NCBI RefSeq assembly: GCF_963921235.1
Contig: NC_086097.1
Span: forward strand, 148,368,001-148,432,000
DNA from: Mobula hypostoma
Lineage: Eukaryota
Direction: 5' to 3'
DNA length: 64,000 nucleotides
Part shown: positions 1 to 12,129 of the stretch, in pieces
Layout of the letters: each line of letters begins with the position of its first letter
How positions within the stretch are numbered: the stretch's first letter is position 1
Translations under genes and position numbers: made by a program
The notes under the pieces: model-generated
The model's input: only the letters and a program-made list of their open reading frames with translations
The model's database searches: none
What the model was told of the DNA's origin: nothing

Positions 1-1246
1 ATAAATTCTTTGTGGTGCTTGGAGGCAGTTGTCTTGTCAACCTGCAATATCTGATGATTAAGTGCTGACCATTCTACTTACCAAAGGAGTTCTCCTCCAT
101 GATTCTGACCATAGTTTGCACATTGCACAAGGCCAATGTTAACCAGTCAATCGATGCCTTTCAAATCTTTATCACAGGACTTCAATCTGGCTTGTTTGAA
201 GAAATCTCTGCCCAGTTATCATCAACATATCACCTGCAGTACCAGGGGTCGCAACACACTCGACCACTGTTATACCATGATTAGGAATGCCTACCATTCC
301 ATGTCTAGACCACATTTTTGGAAATCTGATCACTTAGTTGTCCTCCAACCTGCATATAGGTAGAACGTAAAGAGCAAGTTTCCAAAAAGTAAGGACAACA
401 AAGAGGTGGTCATAGGAGGCAAAGGAGCAGATAAAGGATTGTGTTGAGTTGGTGGACTCAAGAACTCAACAAAGCAGTCCCCCTAGTGTTCAATGACTCA
501 TCAGAGGATCTGAATGAATACACCATGGTAGTAAAAATAGTCATAGATGAGTGTGTCCTCACAAAATCAGTCAGAGTCTTCCCCAGCAAGAAGCCCTGGA
601 TGAACCATGAGATCCTCAATCTGCTGAGGGCCAGATCAGAGGCACACGTGTATGGCAACCAAGTAAGATACAAGAGGTCCAGGTACGATCTCCAGAAAGC
701 CATCTCATGGGCAAAGTGTCAATTCTGGACTAAACTTGAATCACTGAAGGATGCTCAACAGCTGTGGCAGGGCTTGAAGTTTATCACCTTCTGCAAAGTA
801 AAATCAAGCTGCTGCGTTCACCAGCAACTTTGATGTGTGTTGCTTGAATTTCCAGCATCTGCAGAATTCCTCATGTTGACATAGGTGACAACAAGGTTTC
901 ACTTGCAGATGAGCTCAATTCATTTCATGGTCACTTTGGCCATCAAAACATTGTGGCACCTTCATGAACTACATAGGCCCCAATGACCATGTGATTTTAG
1001 TCTCTTCGGCCAATGTGAGAGCATCCTCAGGTGAGTGAACTCACAGGAAGCATCCGAACTGGATGAGGTCCCTGGCTGAGAACTAAAGACCTGAGCTGAA
1101 AAACTGTCTGGAATGTTCACCGAGATCGTTAACCTCTCACTTTGGCAGTCTAAGGTACCCACCTGCTAAAAGCAAACTTCAGTTATACTGGTAGCCAAGA
1201 AGAATGTGGTAACCTGTGTTAATGACTATTGTTCAGCAGCACTTAT
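1..1246 (+). mobile_element. Rex1/Babar non-LTR retrotransposon fragment (endonuclease C-terminus, linker, start of RT), decayed
   Basis: ORF pieces YHQHITCSTRGRNTLDHCY...SDHL and VRVFPSKKPWMN are Rex1-type ORF2 motifs. The sequence resumes at 2774 after nested insertions. Confidence 0.85.
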
Positions 1247-2203
1247 ATGAGCTTCTGCATCAAACACCTCATTCTCCATAACTTCTGCCATCTTCGACTG
1301 CACCCTACCACCAAGCACATCTTTACCTCCCCCACCCCCACTATCTGCTTTCTGCAAGGGTCACTCCCTCCATGACTTCCTTGTCCTTTTGTCCCTCCTC
1401 ACTCAGCTCTCTCCTGGCACATATCATTGCAAGTGACAGAAATGTTACACCTGCTCATTCACCTCCTCCATTACCTCCATTCAGGGCCCCAGACAGTCCT
1501 TACAGGTGAGGCAACACCTCTGTTGGGGGTCATCTATTGTATCCAGTGCCTCAAATAGTTCTTCCAGGTGAGTCAGCACTTCACCTGCAAATCTGTTGGG
1601 GTCATCTAATGTATCCGCTGCTCCCAAGGCAGGCCCAATGTAAGCTGGGGAACGGCTTTGGTGAGCACCTCTGCTCCATCCTCTAAAAGTGGAATTTTCT
1701 CGTGGCCAACTGTTTTAATTCCTATCCCCATTCCAGTTCCAACATGTCAGTCCGTGGTCTCCTCTTTTGCCAGGTTGAGGCACTCTCAGGGGTGGAGAAG
1801 CTATACCTTATTTTCCATCCTGATGACATGAATACCAATTTCTCCTTCTGGTAATTTTTTTCCCTTATCATTCCCTCTTCTTCTATTCGCCACTCTGGCC
1901 TCTTACCTCTTTTCCTCACATGCCTATTACCTCCCACTGGTGCCCCTCCTTCTTCCCTTTCTCCCACGGTCCACTCCTCTTCTACCAGATACCTTCTTCT
2001 CCAGTCTTTTACCTTGCCCACCCAAATGGTGTTACCTATCACCTTCTAGCTAGTCCTCCTTTTTCCTGCCCCAGCTTTTTATTCTGGCACCTTCCTTTCC
2101 AGTCCTGAAGAAGGGTGCCAGCCTGAAAAATCAACTGTTTATTCTTTTCCATTGATGCTCCCTGACCTGCTGATTTCCTTCAGCCTTTTCTGTGTGTTGC
2201 TTA
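1247..2203 (+). mobile_element. Penelope-like element (PLE) 3' fragment: GIY-YIG region plus pseudo-LTR
   Basis: Decayed GVIYCIRCS-like and FxEHL coding sequence, pyrimidine-rich tract, then pLTR agtcctgaagaaggg...gtgtgttgc. Flanked by the duplication agcacttat (1238-1246 / 2774-2782). Confidence 0.85.
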
Positions 2204-2770
2204 TGTAACCATCATCAGGTTCTTATGGCTGTGTAAGTCTCGGGAAGACAATCTCTGCCCCACCAGACGTATGAGATTGAGGTGCAAAACCTCCTCTTTG
2301 GCTGATGCTGTGTGATGTGTTACCCTGTTACAAATCAGTACCACGAAATAACCATATGCAATTAAACTATTTAGCTTTATAATTCTTAATTTGACTAAAG
2401 GGTTAGTAAAGTAAAACAAAAAGATAAGGGCCCATTTTAATGAAACAATCTAATGTGCACAAGTTGGAGCTTATGGTTTCCCTTCTCCTGGTCCTCCATC
2501 GATTTCCCCGGGCTTTTTCAACTCCCGGCCTCACTCCTAGTCCACTCCTTTATGGTGTCTACAAACTCTCTTTTCAGGCATCTTCTCTTCCCATCTTCCA
2601 CCAAACAAAAGACCCAGATCACTTCGTTCTCAAGCACACAACAAGAAAAAACACTCCCTTCAATAGACGGCACACATTCCAAAGCCCCCATTATCTCTAG
2701 CCATAACCCAAACACTGCTGCTACAGAAAAACCATTACATTAGCAGTGAAACCTTTCCCAGGGTGTTACA
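2204..2770. mobile_element. Solo LTR (Gypsy- or ERV-type)
   Basis: 567 bp, starts TGTAAC and ends GTTACA, exact 4-bp TSD ctta (2200-2203 / 2771-2774), no coding content. Confidence 0.8.
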
Positions 2771-3046
2771 CTTAGCACTTATGTCCACTGTGATGAAGTG
2801 GTTTGTAAGGTTGGCGATGAAATATATCAACTCCTGCCTGAGAAGCGAATGGGATCCTTGCCAATTTGCCTATCATCACAACAGGTCATTAGCTGGTACC
2901 ATTTCATTGCTCATCACTCAATAATTCTGTGGCATTGTCAATTATGGTGTATCATGTTCATCCCTGTATTCCTCTATCTAGAATTTCAGCATCTGAATTA
3001 GACCTTTTTCCTCAACTCCCCACTAATCTATGTATTACTATAAATG

Positions 3047-3268
3047 AAGCAACATACATCAAAGTTGCTGGTGAACGCAGCAGGCCAAGCAGCATCTATA
3101 GGAAGAGGCGCAGTCGACGTTTCAGGCCGAGACCCTTCGTCAGGACTAACTGAAGGAAGACTGCGCCTCTTCCTATAGATGCTGCTTGGCCTGCTGCATT
3201 CACCAACAACTTTGATGTATGTTGCTTGAATTTCCAGCATCTGCAGAATTCCTGTTGTTTGCGTTAAA
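3047..3268. mobile_element. Short non-autonomous PLE derivative made of inverted pLTR halves
   Basis: 69-bp inverted arms 3047-3115 / 3159-3227; 13-bp TSD attactataaatg (3034-3046 / 3269-3281). Confidence 0.85.
3112..3147 (-). ncRNA. Minimal type I hammerhead ribozyme motif in a PLE pLTR
   Basis: Minus strand reads AGTC-CTGACGA-AGG(gtctcgg)CCT-GAAA-CGTC^GACT: helix I, CUGANGA core, helix II, GAAA, GUC cleavage triplet. Confidence 0.7.
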
Positions 3269-5605
3269 ATTACTATAAATGTATGGCTTCTAGTACATGA
3301 TCTCTGTTAGTCACCTCTCAGTTTTTACAGCTCAGCTAAATCTCACAGCCTTCTCTGTTCAAAAGGAAATGATACAAACTTAATAGACCATACTTCATAA
3401 CCAAAATTTTCTACTCAGCCAGACACTCTGTAAATCTCTGCTGAGATCTCTGCTAGCACTGTCACAACCTTCCTATAATGTGATGACCAGAAATGAATAC
3501 TACTTTCTAGCTAAGGCCTCACTACGGTTCTAACTAACCAAGCTATGTGCTACCTGTTCTTATATTCCTAACTTGGTCAATAAGGGAAGTGATACAGCTC
3601 AGAAACAGATCCCACCAGCCCAACGTATCCATGCCGACCGCCGTGTACCTTATTGTACGTCCCACTTCATATATAGCCTTCTGTGCCATCATAATTCTTA
3701 TGTTTGTACAGATGCTTCTTCAGTGTTGTGGGAGTACTTGTCTCCACCACCTTCACAGGCAGCACATTTCAGATTGCAATCACCTTTGGATGAAAAATCC
3801 TTCTTCAGCTGTACACTAATTCTTGGACTCCTCACCTTAGCCTCTGCCCTGTGATATTTGACATCTCTACCATGGGGAAATATTTCTTACCATTTATCTG
3901 TGTTACCTTGATTTGTGGATGTGTATACCAGATCCTCTTTGTTTATTTACAATTCCTAGAATGTTACCATTTTGAATTATTTTTGCTTTATGTGTTTTCT
4001 TCCAAATTCTTATGCCAGACTTCTCTTGACTATATTCTAGTTGACACTTTCTGCCCACTTGATCAGCCTATTGTTCCTGCAGTCTGCAATTTCATTCTCA
4101 ACATTTATCGGATAACCAATGCTTTCTATCATCTACGGACCTTGTCCAACAATACTGGGAGTGGTAGTGTTATGTAAGGTAATTGAGGGTTGGCAGTGTG
4201 CTAGACAAAGGATAATAAAGGGTGGTAATGAGTTACATCAAGAACAATAAAGGCTTGGTATTGTTACAAAGTGGTAAATAGAAGGCTGGCAATATGTTAC
4301 ATAAATGATAATAGATGGCTAACAATCAGTTACATAAAAATAATAGGAAGTCTGGCAAAGAGTTATAAAAATGATAACAGAGAGTTAGGAATGTGTTTTG
4401 TACAACATAATAGAGCTGGCAATGTGTCAAAGAGCAGATAATTGAGGGCTGGCATTGTGTACACAGAATAATAAATATTGGCAATAAGTTACATAGAGAA
4501 TAATAGTGAGTTATGTAAATGATAATAGTGGGCTGAGAATGTGTTGCATAGAGGATTATAGGGGTTGGCAATAAATTACATGGGGCAGTACATTGGGCTG
4601 GCTGCACATTAATAACAATGAAGGTCGGAAGAGAAGAATAGAGCACTGGCATAACTTGCATGATGGACAGTAGCGGACCGGCAATTTTTTAGAATGACCA
4701 TTGACTGCACACAGACAGGCTATTCAGTCCAGCATGTCCTTGCTGGTGTTAATGCTCCACACAACTCTTCTAACCCTCTACAGTTTCCATTTTTGCACTT
4801 ACTCTTTCATTTATTTGTCCAAATTCCTCTTAAGTTCTCCATGTAGTAGAAAGGAAAATATTCTAGCTACTTTCTGGGTACAAAAGGCTTTTTCCTGAAT
4901 GTCCTATTGGGTTTCTCAATGAAGACAACAGATATTGGAATAGAGATGTCAAATCAGAGAGTTAAACAGCACGGTAGCAGGCCCACTACCTCAACTCATC
5001 CACTCTGACGAGGGTGCCCATTTACCCATATTTGACCCTTATATAAATGCAGGGTTTCAACCCAAAATATCAACATACACCCTTTGTCTCCAGAGCTGTT
5101 GCTTGACCTGCTGAGGTTTATTAGTGACTGTGTTTCCAGCTCTAGATTAGAGTTGTTCTCATCCACCTTATCAGATACTTCTGGAATCCATTTTCACCTC
5201 CTCTAGGCATAAGTTCTGAGTTCTGCCATCATTCTAATGAAAAAAGAACACAAAAGCACAGATGCTGGATTTCTAAACTTAAAATAGGAAACAAATGCTG
5301 GAAAAATCCCCTTTCGTAGGTCATTGTACTGAAATATTAACTCTGTTTCTCTCTCTGTGTATGCTATCTGATCTGCTGAATATTTATGCATTTCTTTTAT
5401 TGTTCTAACAATATCTTTGCTGTGTTTTCTTTAAATTGTGCTTCCTTTCTCTAATATAAATAAGAGAACTGCTTACAGAACCCCAAGCATGTACTATCCA
5501 ACTTTTATAAGAGTTTAACGCTATTTGTCTTCTTTTTAATTTTATCCAGGATAAAAATTAACCCCAGAGATTAAGGTGTTTGTTAATAGCAGTACTAACA
5601 TACAT

Positions 5606-6195
5606 CAGAATCTGAATCGTGTATTATTACTGACATATGTCCTGAAATTTATTGTTTTAAATCAGCAGTACAGTACAATACATAAATATACTATAAATGA
5701 TAGCAAGAAATACATATAAAATAAATTAGGCGAAAAAAGAGCAAAAATATTCTGAGGTAGTGGTCAGGAGTTCACTGACCATTTCAAAATCTGATGGCAG
5801 AGGGGAAGAAGCTGTTTCTAATATGTTGAATTTGCGTCTTCAATCTCCTGAATCTCCTCTGTAATGGTAGCAATAAGAAAATAGTATGTCTTTCAGAGAT
5901 ATCACCTTATGAAGATGTCATTGATGGTGGGGAGGTCAGTGCTCACAATGGAGCTGAGGTTACAACCTTCTGCAGCTTTTCCCAATCCTGTATAGTAGCT
6001 CCTCCATACCAACTGGTAATGCAATCAGTCAGAATGCTCTCCACAGTACACCTGTAAAAATTTGCAGGAGTCTTTGGTGACATACGGAATCTCCTCAAAC
6101 ACCTAATAAAGTATAGCTGCTGGCATGCCCTCTTTATAATTGCATTAATATGTTGGGATCAGGATAGATCTTCTGAGATGTTTGAACTGCTTGTC
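5606..6195 (-). mobile_element. Rex1/Babar 3' end fragment
   Basis: cagaatctgaatc tail and ctgatggcagaggggaagaagctg / gcaatcagtcagaatgctctccac motifs shared with other Rex1 3' ends in the window. Confidence 0.75.
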
Positions 6196-6534
6196 AGAGC
6201 AATGTGTTACTAGAGGTCTGGTAGTATGTTAAGAAAGAATGAAACAGATCTGGTAATGCATCACAAATCGTTCTATGAGGAATGGAAGAGCACAACATAG
6301 GGAAAAATAAAAGACAGTAGGTTCAATAGACAATAATAGAGCACTGATATTGTTAGACAATAGTTAAGAGGAATTTCCATGTTATATACAGTAAATATTA
6401 AATTGCTTAGAGGGCTAGACATGTAAAAATGAATAATTTAGAATAAAGAGCTAGCAATCACTTAAATGGAGGATAATAAGAAACTGGTATTGAATTCCAG
6501 AAGGGGTAATAGAAGGCCAACAATGGTAGTGAGA

Positions 6535-7110
6535 TCACTAGGGTTGAGTATGATGTTCTCCTAAGGGGTTGTCTGTTGGTGGGTCCTCAGGTGGATGAAA
6601 AGGCTGATCTGGGATCCACATATTCTAGTGCAGTGTGGATATGAATGACTGGTAGCTGTGGTTAATGGTTGGGTCTTTTGGTTGTTCGTTCTCTCCTTTC
6701 GTAGCTTCCTCCATGCTCTCTGCAGCACAGCAGACGTTGGTCTCACATAGCGCAGCTCCCTTTTAAGAGATTATCTCCAGGACTCTATTGAGTCCAATGT
6801 CTTTCCTGTTTTTGGATGTAATGTTGAATTTCTTCAGTCTGATTTTGATATTATCTTTGAAGCATTTCCTTTTCTCACCAGGGGCTTACTGACCTTCTTT
6901 CAATCAGGACTAAATGATCTGTTTGGACTGACATGAGTTAGGCGTCTGAATAACATAACCTATTTATCAGAGTTGGTGTTGCTTTATCATGGTGAAAATG
7001 CTGTTCATGTTGGCCTCCTCCAGTATGCTGTTGTTAGCGCATCTGTCCTTCTAGATGATTCTCAAAACCTTTCGTAAGGTTCTTTGGTGGCATTGTTCCA
7101 GGGCTTTCAA
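6535..7110 (-). mobile_element. RTE-clade LINE 3' end fossil
   Basis: Minus ORF 6561-6746 ends YPHCTRICGSQISLFIHLRTH, matching the RTE C-terminal CxxC...LxSHLRTH motif. Upstream decayed LEQCHQRTLRKVLRII. Confidence 0.75.
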
Positions 7111-7649
7111 TGGTATAAACAATGGATAACTGAGGTTCAACAGTATGGCAAACAGTGGACACTACAGGGCTGATATGGCGTCATTTAAAGTTAAAGAGGC
7201 TTTCTCACACTTGCAAAAAAAAACATATAATGGCAAAGATGGTACTGAGTTACATCAAGGGTGATGTAGGACTGGCACTGTGCTATACAGTGGATAACTA
7301 GAAAATGCCAATAATTTATACAGAGAGTAATATCAGGGTAGCAGTGAGTTACACAGAGGATAATAGAACTCAGGCAACATGTTGCATATAGAGTTACAGA
7401 GGACTGACAGTAAGTTACAGGAGTTGCAGAATCACACAAGATATAGAATAGAGTTCACTTTGTCATATAGGTGATAGAAGAGGACTGGCAATGTGGTTAT
7501 ATTAAAAATGGTAACATATTACTGGACTGTTTACTTTAAACCACATGTTACACAGAGGTACAGTACAATGCAACTAGAAAACTACAGAAGTTAGTGGGTA
7601 GGTAGATGCTGCATATGTACCATTTACAAACACACACAGCAGTTAGTCA

Positions 7650-7925
7650 CTTCGGCCATGCCTGCTGAACTTCCCAAACCCACATCTCTGATCCCTAAGA
7701 AGGACAAGGGCAGTAGAGAACACCGCTACCTGCAGATTCCTCTCCAAATCACGGAGCTTCCTGATTTAGAAAAATACCACCATTTCTTAATTTCATTGTC
7801 CTTAAACTTCCAACCCAACAGCACAATGGGATTATCACCACCCAAGAGACTGCAGTAGCTCAAAACAATCGTTCACCACCACCTTCTGAAGGACAAATAG
7901 GGAGAGACTGGCAGATGCCCAAAAA
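7650..7925 (+). mobile_element. CR1/L2-type LINE 3' end fossil
   Basis: agaaggacaagggcag...acctgcagattcctctccaa...caccaccaccttct resembles a common chondrichthyan LINE 3' region. Confidence 0.6.
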
Positions 7926-9015
7926 ATAAATTTACTGGAACATAATAGAGACTGGCTGTGTTTTACAGATGGTTACATATTGTGAAGTATAGTTTTAATG
8001 CAGAATAGAAATAGACCACATGGGCCTCTGCAACCATTTTCCATCTACCCTATCAACACACTCTTACGGATTTTATCCCGATTTCCCTGTTAACTATGTT
8101 ATTACTTTTAAAGTAGCAACATCAATTTCTAACCTTCCTCAGAGTATTAATTTCTCCTGAATTTCAGATTGAATGTATTAGTGAATATCTTATGGTACTT
8201 TACTCCCATGACAGTTGAACAACCTTATCTATGTCTATCGTATTAATTTGCAGCAAAGTGAGCTGTAATTTATTCACTCTTTCCTCATCTCTGGGATCTT
8301 TCCTACAGTCCTTTATGCACTTATCTTTATATTCTTGTTGTAATGTATACACTAGTAATTGTTCACATGATAAAAAGTGTGGTCTAACTAGTGTTCTATA
8401 CATTCAACATTCTCACTCCGTTTTTCAATTGTATCCCTCTGGAAATTAACCCTTGAGCTTTGTTTGTGTTCTAATGCCTTATTAACCTAAATTGCTCATT
8501 TTAGAGGCCTTACAATTTCTTGGAGAGGAGTGAAGACAGTGTGTGCCAGAGGGTAAGAGTGAAGGCAATATGTACAGGGGATGAGCAAAAATTGCAATGT
8601 GTTATAGACTGATTAATAAAGGATTAATGGTGTGTTAGATGAGGGATAAAAGAGGGCTGCCAATGAGCAGCATAATGAATATTAGAGGGATGCAATAGGC
8701 TATAGAGATGGCAATGTGTCACATAGAATCATCACACAGAAGATATTAGAGGATGGCAGTATGTCACAGAGAATTATTGAGGGTTAGCGGTGACTCATGT
8801 ACAAGATAATTGAGAGCTGGCAATGAGTTACATAGAGAATTATAGAGGGCAGTCAAGGAATAATGTAAATGGTAATGGAGGGCTAGAAATGTGTTAGATT
8901 AAAGATAATAGAGGGCTGGCAAGGTGTCACTGGGCCTGCAATGAGTTACATAAAATATAACAGAATGCTGGCACTCTGTGGGGAATAAAGGAATAGCAAA
9001 GCAGGTGATTAGAGA

Positions 9016-9271
9016 AACACACACAAATTGTTGGAGGAACTCTGCAGGTCAGGCAGCACAGATAGAAATGAATAAGATTAGTAAAAATGAATCCCTCATC
9101 TTCTTATTCCTGCATCTTCCCCCTTCCTTCCCAGTCCTGAAGAAAGATCTTGGCCCAAAACGTCGACTGTTTATTCATTTCCATAGATGCTACCTGACCT
9201 GCTGAGTTCCTTCAGCATTTTGTGTGTGTTGTTCTGAATTTCCAGAATCTGCAGCATCTCTTCTGTGTAGA
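9016..9271. mobile_element. Short inverted-pLTR PLE derivative inserted in the 33-bp array
   Basis: Inverted ends acacacacaaattgttggaggaactc / gagttccttcagcattttgtgtgtgt; TSD tgattagaga (9006-9015 / 9272-9281); degenerate hammerhead near 9133-9168. Confidence 0.75.
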
Positions 9272-10724
9272 TGATTAGAGAGCCAACAATATGCTTCCTA
9301 GAGGAAAGGGAACTGGCAATGTCTCACATAAAGGATTATAGCGCACTGACAATATGTTAGAGGAAAATAGAGATCGAGCGATGGGTTCTGCAGAGGCTAA
9401 CAGAGGATTGCCAATGAGTTACATGAAGGATGATACAAAGCTAGCAATAATTACTTAAAAGAATATAGAGGGCCAGCAAAGTGCTGCTTAAATGGTAACA
9501 GGGTACTGGTAATGAGCCACAGAGGATACTAGACAGCTGTCATATATTACACAAGGGACAATAGAACTGGCAGTGATTTACATAATAGGGCCTGGGAATG
9601 TGTTACATGAAAGATAATTAAGGGGTAGCAGTGTGTTACATAAGGATAATTAAGTACTGGCCATGTTATACAGAGAATAATTGCTGGATGGCTGTGTAAT
9701 ATTGAGGATATTAGAAGGCTGGCTATAGAATACAGAAGTAAATTTAGCACTGACAGTGGGTCATAAGGAATAAGAGAGGTCTGCCAGTATCTTAGATGTA
9801 AACGATAGAAAGCTGAAAATGAGTTACATAAAGAATAATGAAGTCAGGATGTGCACTACACTGAGTACTGTTGAAATTTAACATATATGCATAGTAATAA
9901 AGCACTAACAAAATTTAATATAGACACAGCAGTGTAATATATATACATACCTGTCAAACTAGCCAAAAGATGGGTGTACATTATAAAAATAAATGAAAAT
10001 AGACTGATTAAGTTTTGCACTGAACGGAAGAGAAGAGGCAAATGAAATTCAGTTAAAATTCAGTGATCAATAAATCATTGAATTATATGATATCACACAT
10101 TCCATGTAGATGAGGAAGAATTTAGTACATAATTTTTATGTTCATAATGGTCAAGTTCTATAGTCAGCATAAAATTTACCAGATTCACTGTTTCTCTTTC
10201 ATAACCTTTGGGTAAGTGGTTCAATTTCAGGGCTGTGAAAATAAAAAAAAACTGCTGATATTGGAAGTCTAAAATAAAAATAGAAGTGCTGGGAACACTC
10301 ATCAGTTCAGGCTGCATCTGGACATAGAACAGCACAGTGCAGGAAAAGGCCCTTTGGGCCGTGATGTATGTTCCATCAATGACACCGTTAGACTGGACTT
10401 CTGCTTACACATGGTCTCGATCTGTGTTGCATCTCTCATGCAAGCCTCCACCACTTCCCTTGGCAGCACATACCAGGCACTTTGCTCTTTCCATCTAAGG
10501 TACTTACCTCATAAATCTCCTCTAAATGTTCCTTCTCACACCTTCCACCATGGGAAGAGAAGTGTCAATGTTGATCATAATTTTGTATACTACCATCAGA
10601 TCTTCCCTCAGCTTCTGAAGCTACAAAGAAACCAATCCAGTTTCCTTACAGCTGATACACTCCGATCCAGATAACACCCTGGTAGAACTCCTCTGTATCC
10701 TCTCCTCAGTCTCAACTTCAAATT

Positions 10725-11265
10725 TCAGAGTTCAAATTTCAAAGTAAATTTATCATTGAAGTACATATAAGTTTCAATATCCTACCTTGAGATTTATTTT
10801 CTTGCAGACATTTGCAGGAAGAAAAAATTACAGTAGAAGTTGATGAAAAAACAAAACATAAACAAAGCTGCCTAACAAACTTTGTTTGACAAAGTCTAAC
10901 AAACAACCAATGTGCAAAAGAAGCCAAACTGTGTAAATAAAAAAATATTCGAACAAGTGTTGTAAAGAGTCCTTGAAAGTCAGTGTTTCGGTTGTAGAAT
11001 CAGTTCAGATTAGTGCTGATTGAAGTTATCCACACTGGTTCAGGAGTCTGATGGTTGTAGAGTAATAATTGTTCCTGGATCTGATGGTGTGGGACCTAAA
11101 AATTATGTACGTCCAACCCAGTGGTGATGGTGAGAAGAGGGCACGGCCCGGATGGATACCGGTTTCTTGTGGCAGCACTCCCTGCAGATGTACAAATGTA
11201 CTCAATGATGGGGAGGGCTTTGACTGTGATGGACTGGGCTGCATTCACTACTTTCTGTAGACTTC
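10725..11265 (-). mobile_element. Rex1/Babar 3' fragment (continues at 12041)
   Basis: ttcaaa tail; minus ORF ...HPGRALFSPSPLG...RSRNNYYSTTIRLLN is typical of the Rex1 C-terminus. Confidence 0.75.
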
Positions 11266-12040
11266 TCTCACTAGGGACTATTCTAGAGATGTCTGAATAT
11301 AGCAGATATTAATTCAAGTACTGTAAGTGCCAGTCTTCAGTTCTTAATGTAAATTGTAAATTGCAAGCAGTAAATTGAAGTTAAAAGCACACCTTTGTAA
11401 ACAAACAATTCTGTCTATGGAGCACAGTCAGGTCAGGTCCACAGACTGAGAGATATGGTTTGCAAAGTGAAGTGACCATCAGATGTTCTTGTATGCAAAT
11501 ATTTTTAAAAATGGGGTTATGTTAATTAGGTTTCATCAAACCAAGCTACATGTCCAAGTTAGTTCAATTATAAACAAGTTCAAGGAAGATTGGATGCTAG
11601 ACTGCTATCATGTAGCACGTCAAAAAGCTAGTCTATCTATAGTTGGGAAATCTGTGTACTCAGAGAGTCAATGCTCACAACGTTAATTTTTGGTGTCTAG
11701 ATTCTTTGTCCCCAGAAGCTTCTAGACAAACTGTGTGAATTACTTTGTCCCAGCAAAGGTATTTGAACATTCAGAAGTGTCACCTACTGTAGATATGCAG
11801 TTCAAAGGAAGAATTGCCAACCCAAAGTATTGAAGTAAACAGTTTCATTGTAACTATTGAAATTCTATTGAATCACCTACTGTAACCTTTCATCTTAAGG
11901 GTGTAAAAATGTGATGTACTTTGTGTTTGTAAGCCTCTACCAAGAGATCTCCAGAAGGCTGTCTGCATGTTGTGATGAATAAAGAGTTCTATATCACCAG
12001 CTCCAGTGTTTTTCTAGTGACTTCAATCACAGTCACAACA
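11266..12040 (+). mobile_element. LTR-like insertion lacking a recognisable 5' end
   Basis: Interrupts Rex1 sequence; AATAAA at 11978-11983; ends ...CACAACA; no TG 5' end or TSD seen. Confidence 0.45.
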
Positions 12041-12129
12041 TTTCCATTCCTGGGCATTGGTGTCTCCTTACCAGTCATTCCTTGTAATCGGGCAATGAGA
12101 ACTGCACACAATGCTCCAGATGTGCTCTA

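Larger units (their letters stand above)
4155..9860. repeat. Decayed ~33-bp tandem array split by transposon insertions
   Basis: Recurrent unit close to gggctggcaatgagttacatagaggataataga in blocks ~4155-4690, 6195-6545, 7110-7580, 8520-9005 and 9272-9860. Confidence 0.75.

Noticed and set aside
4155..9860. CRISPR-like regularly spaced repeats
   Set aside because: Units are contiguous and diverged, with no unique spacers and no cas genes; the context is vertebrate.
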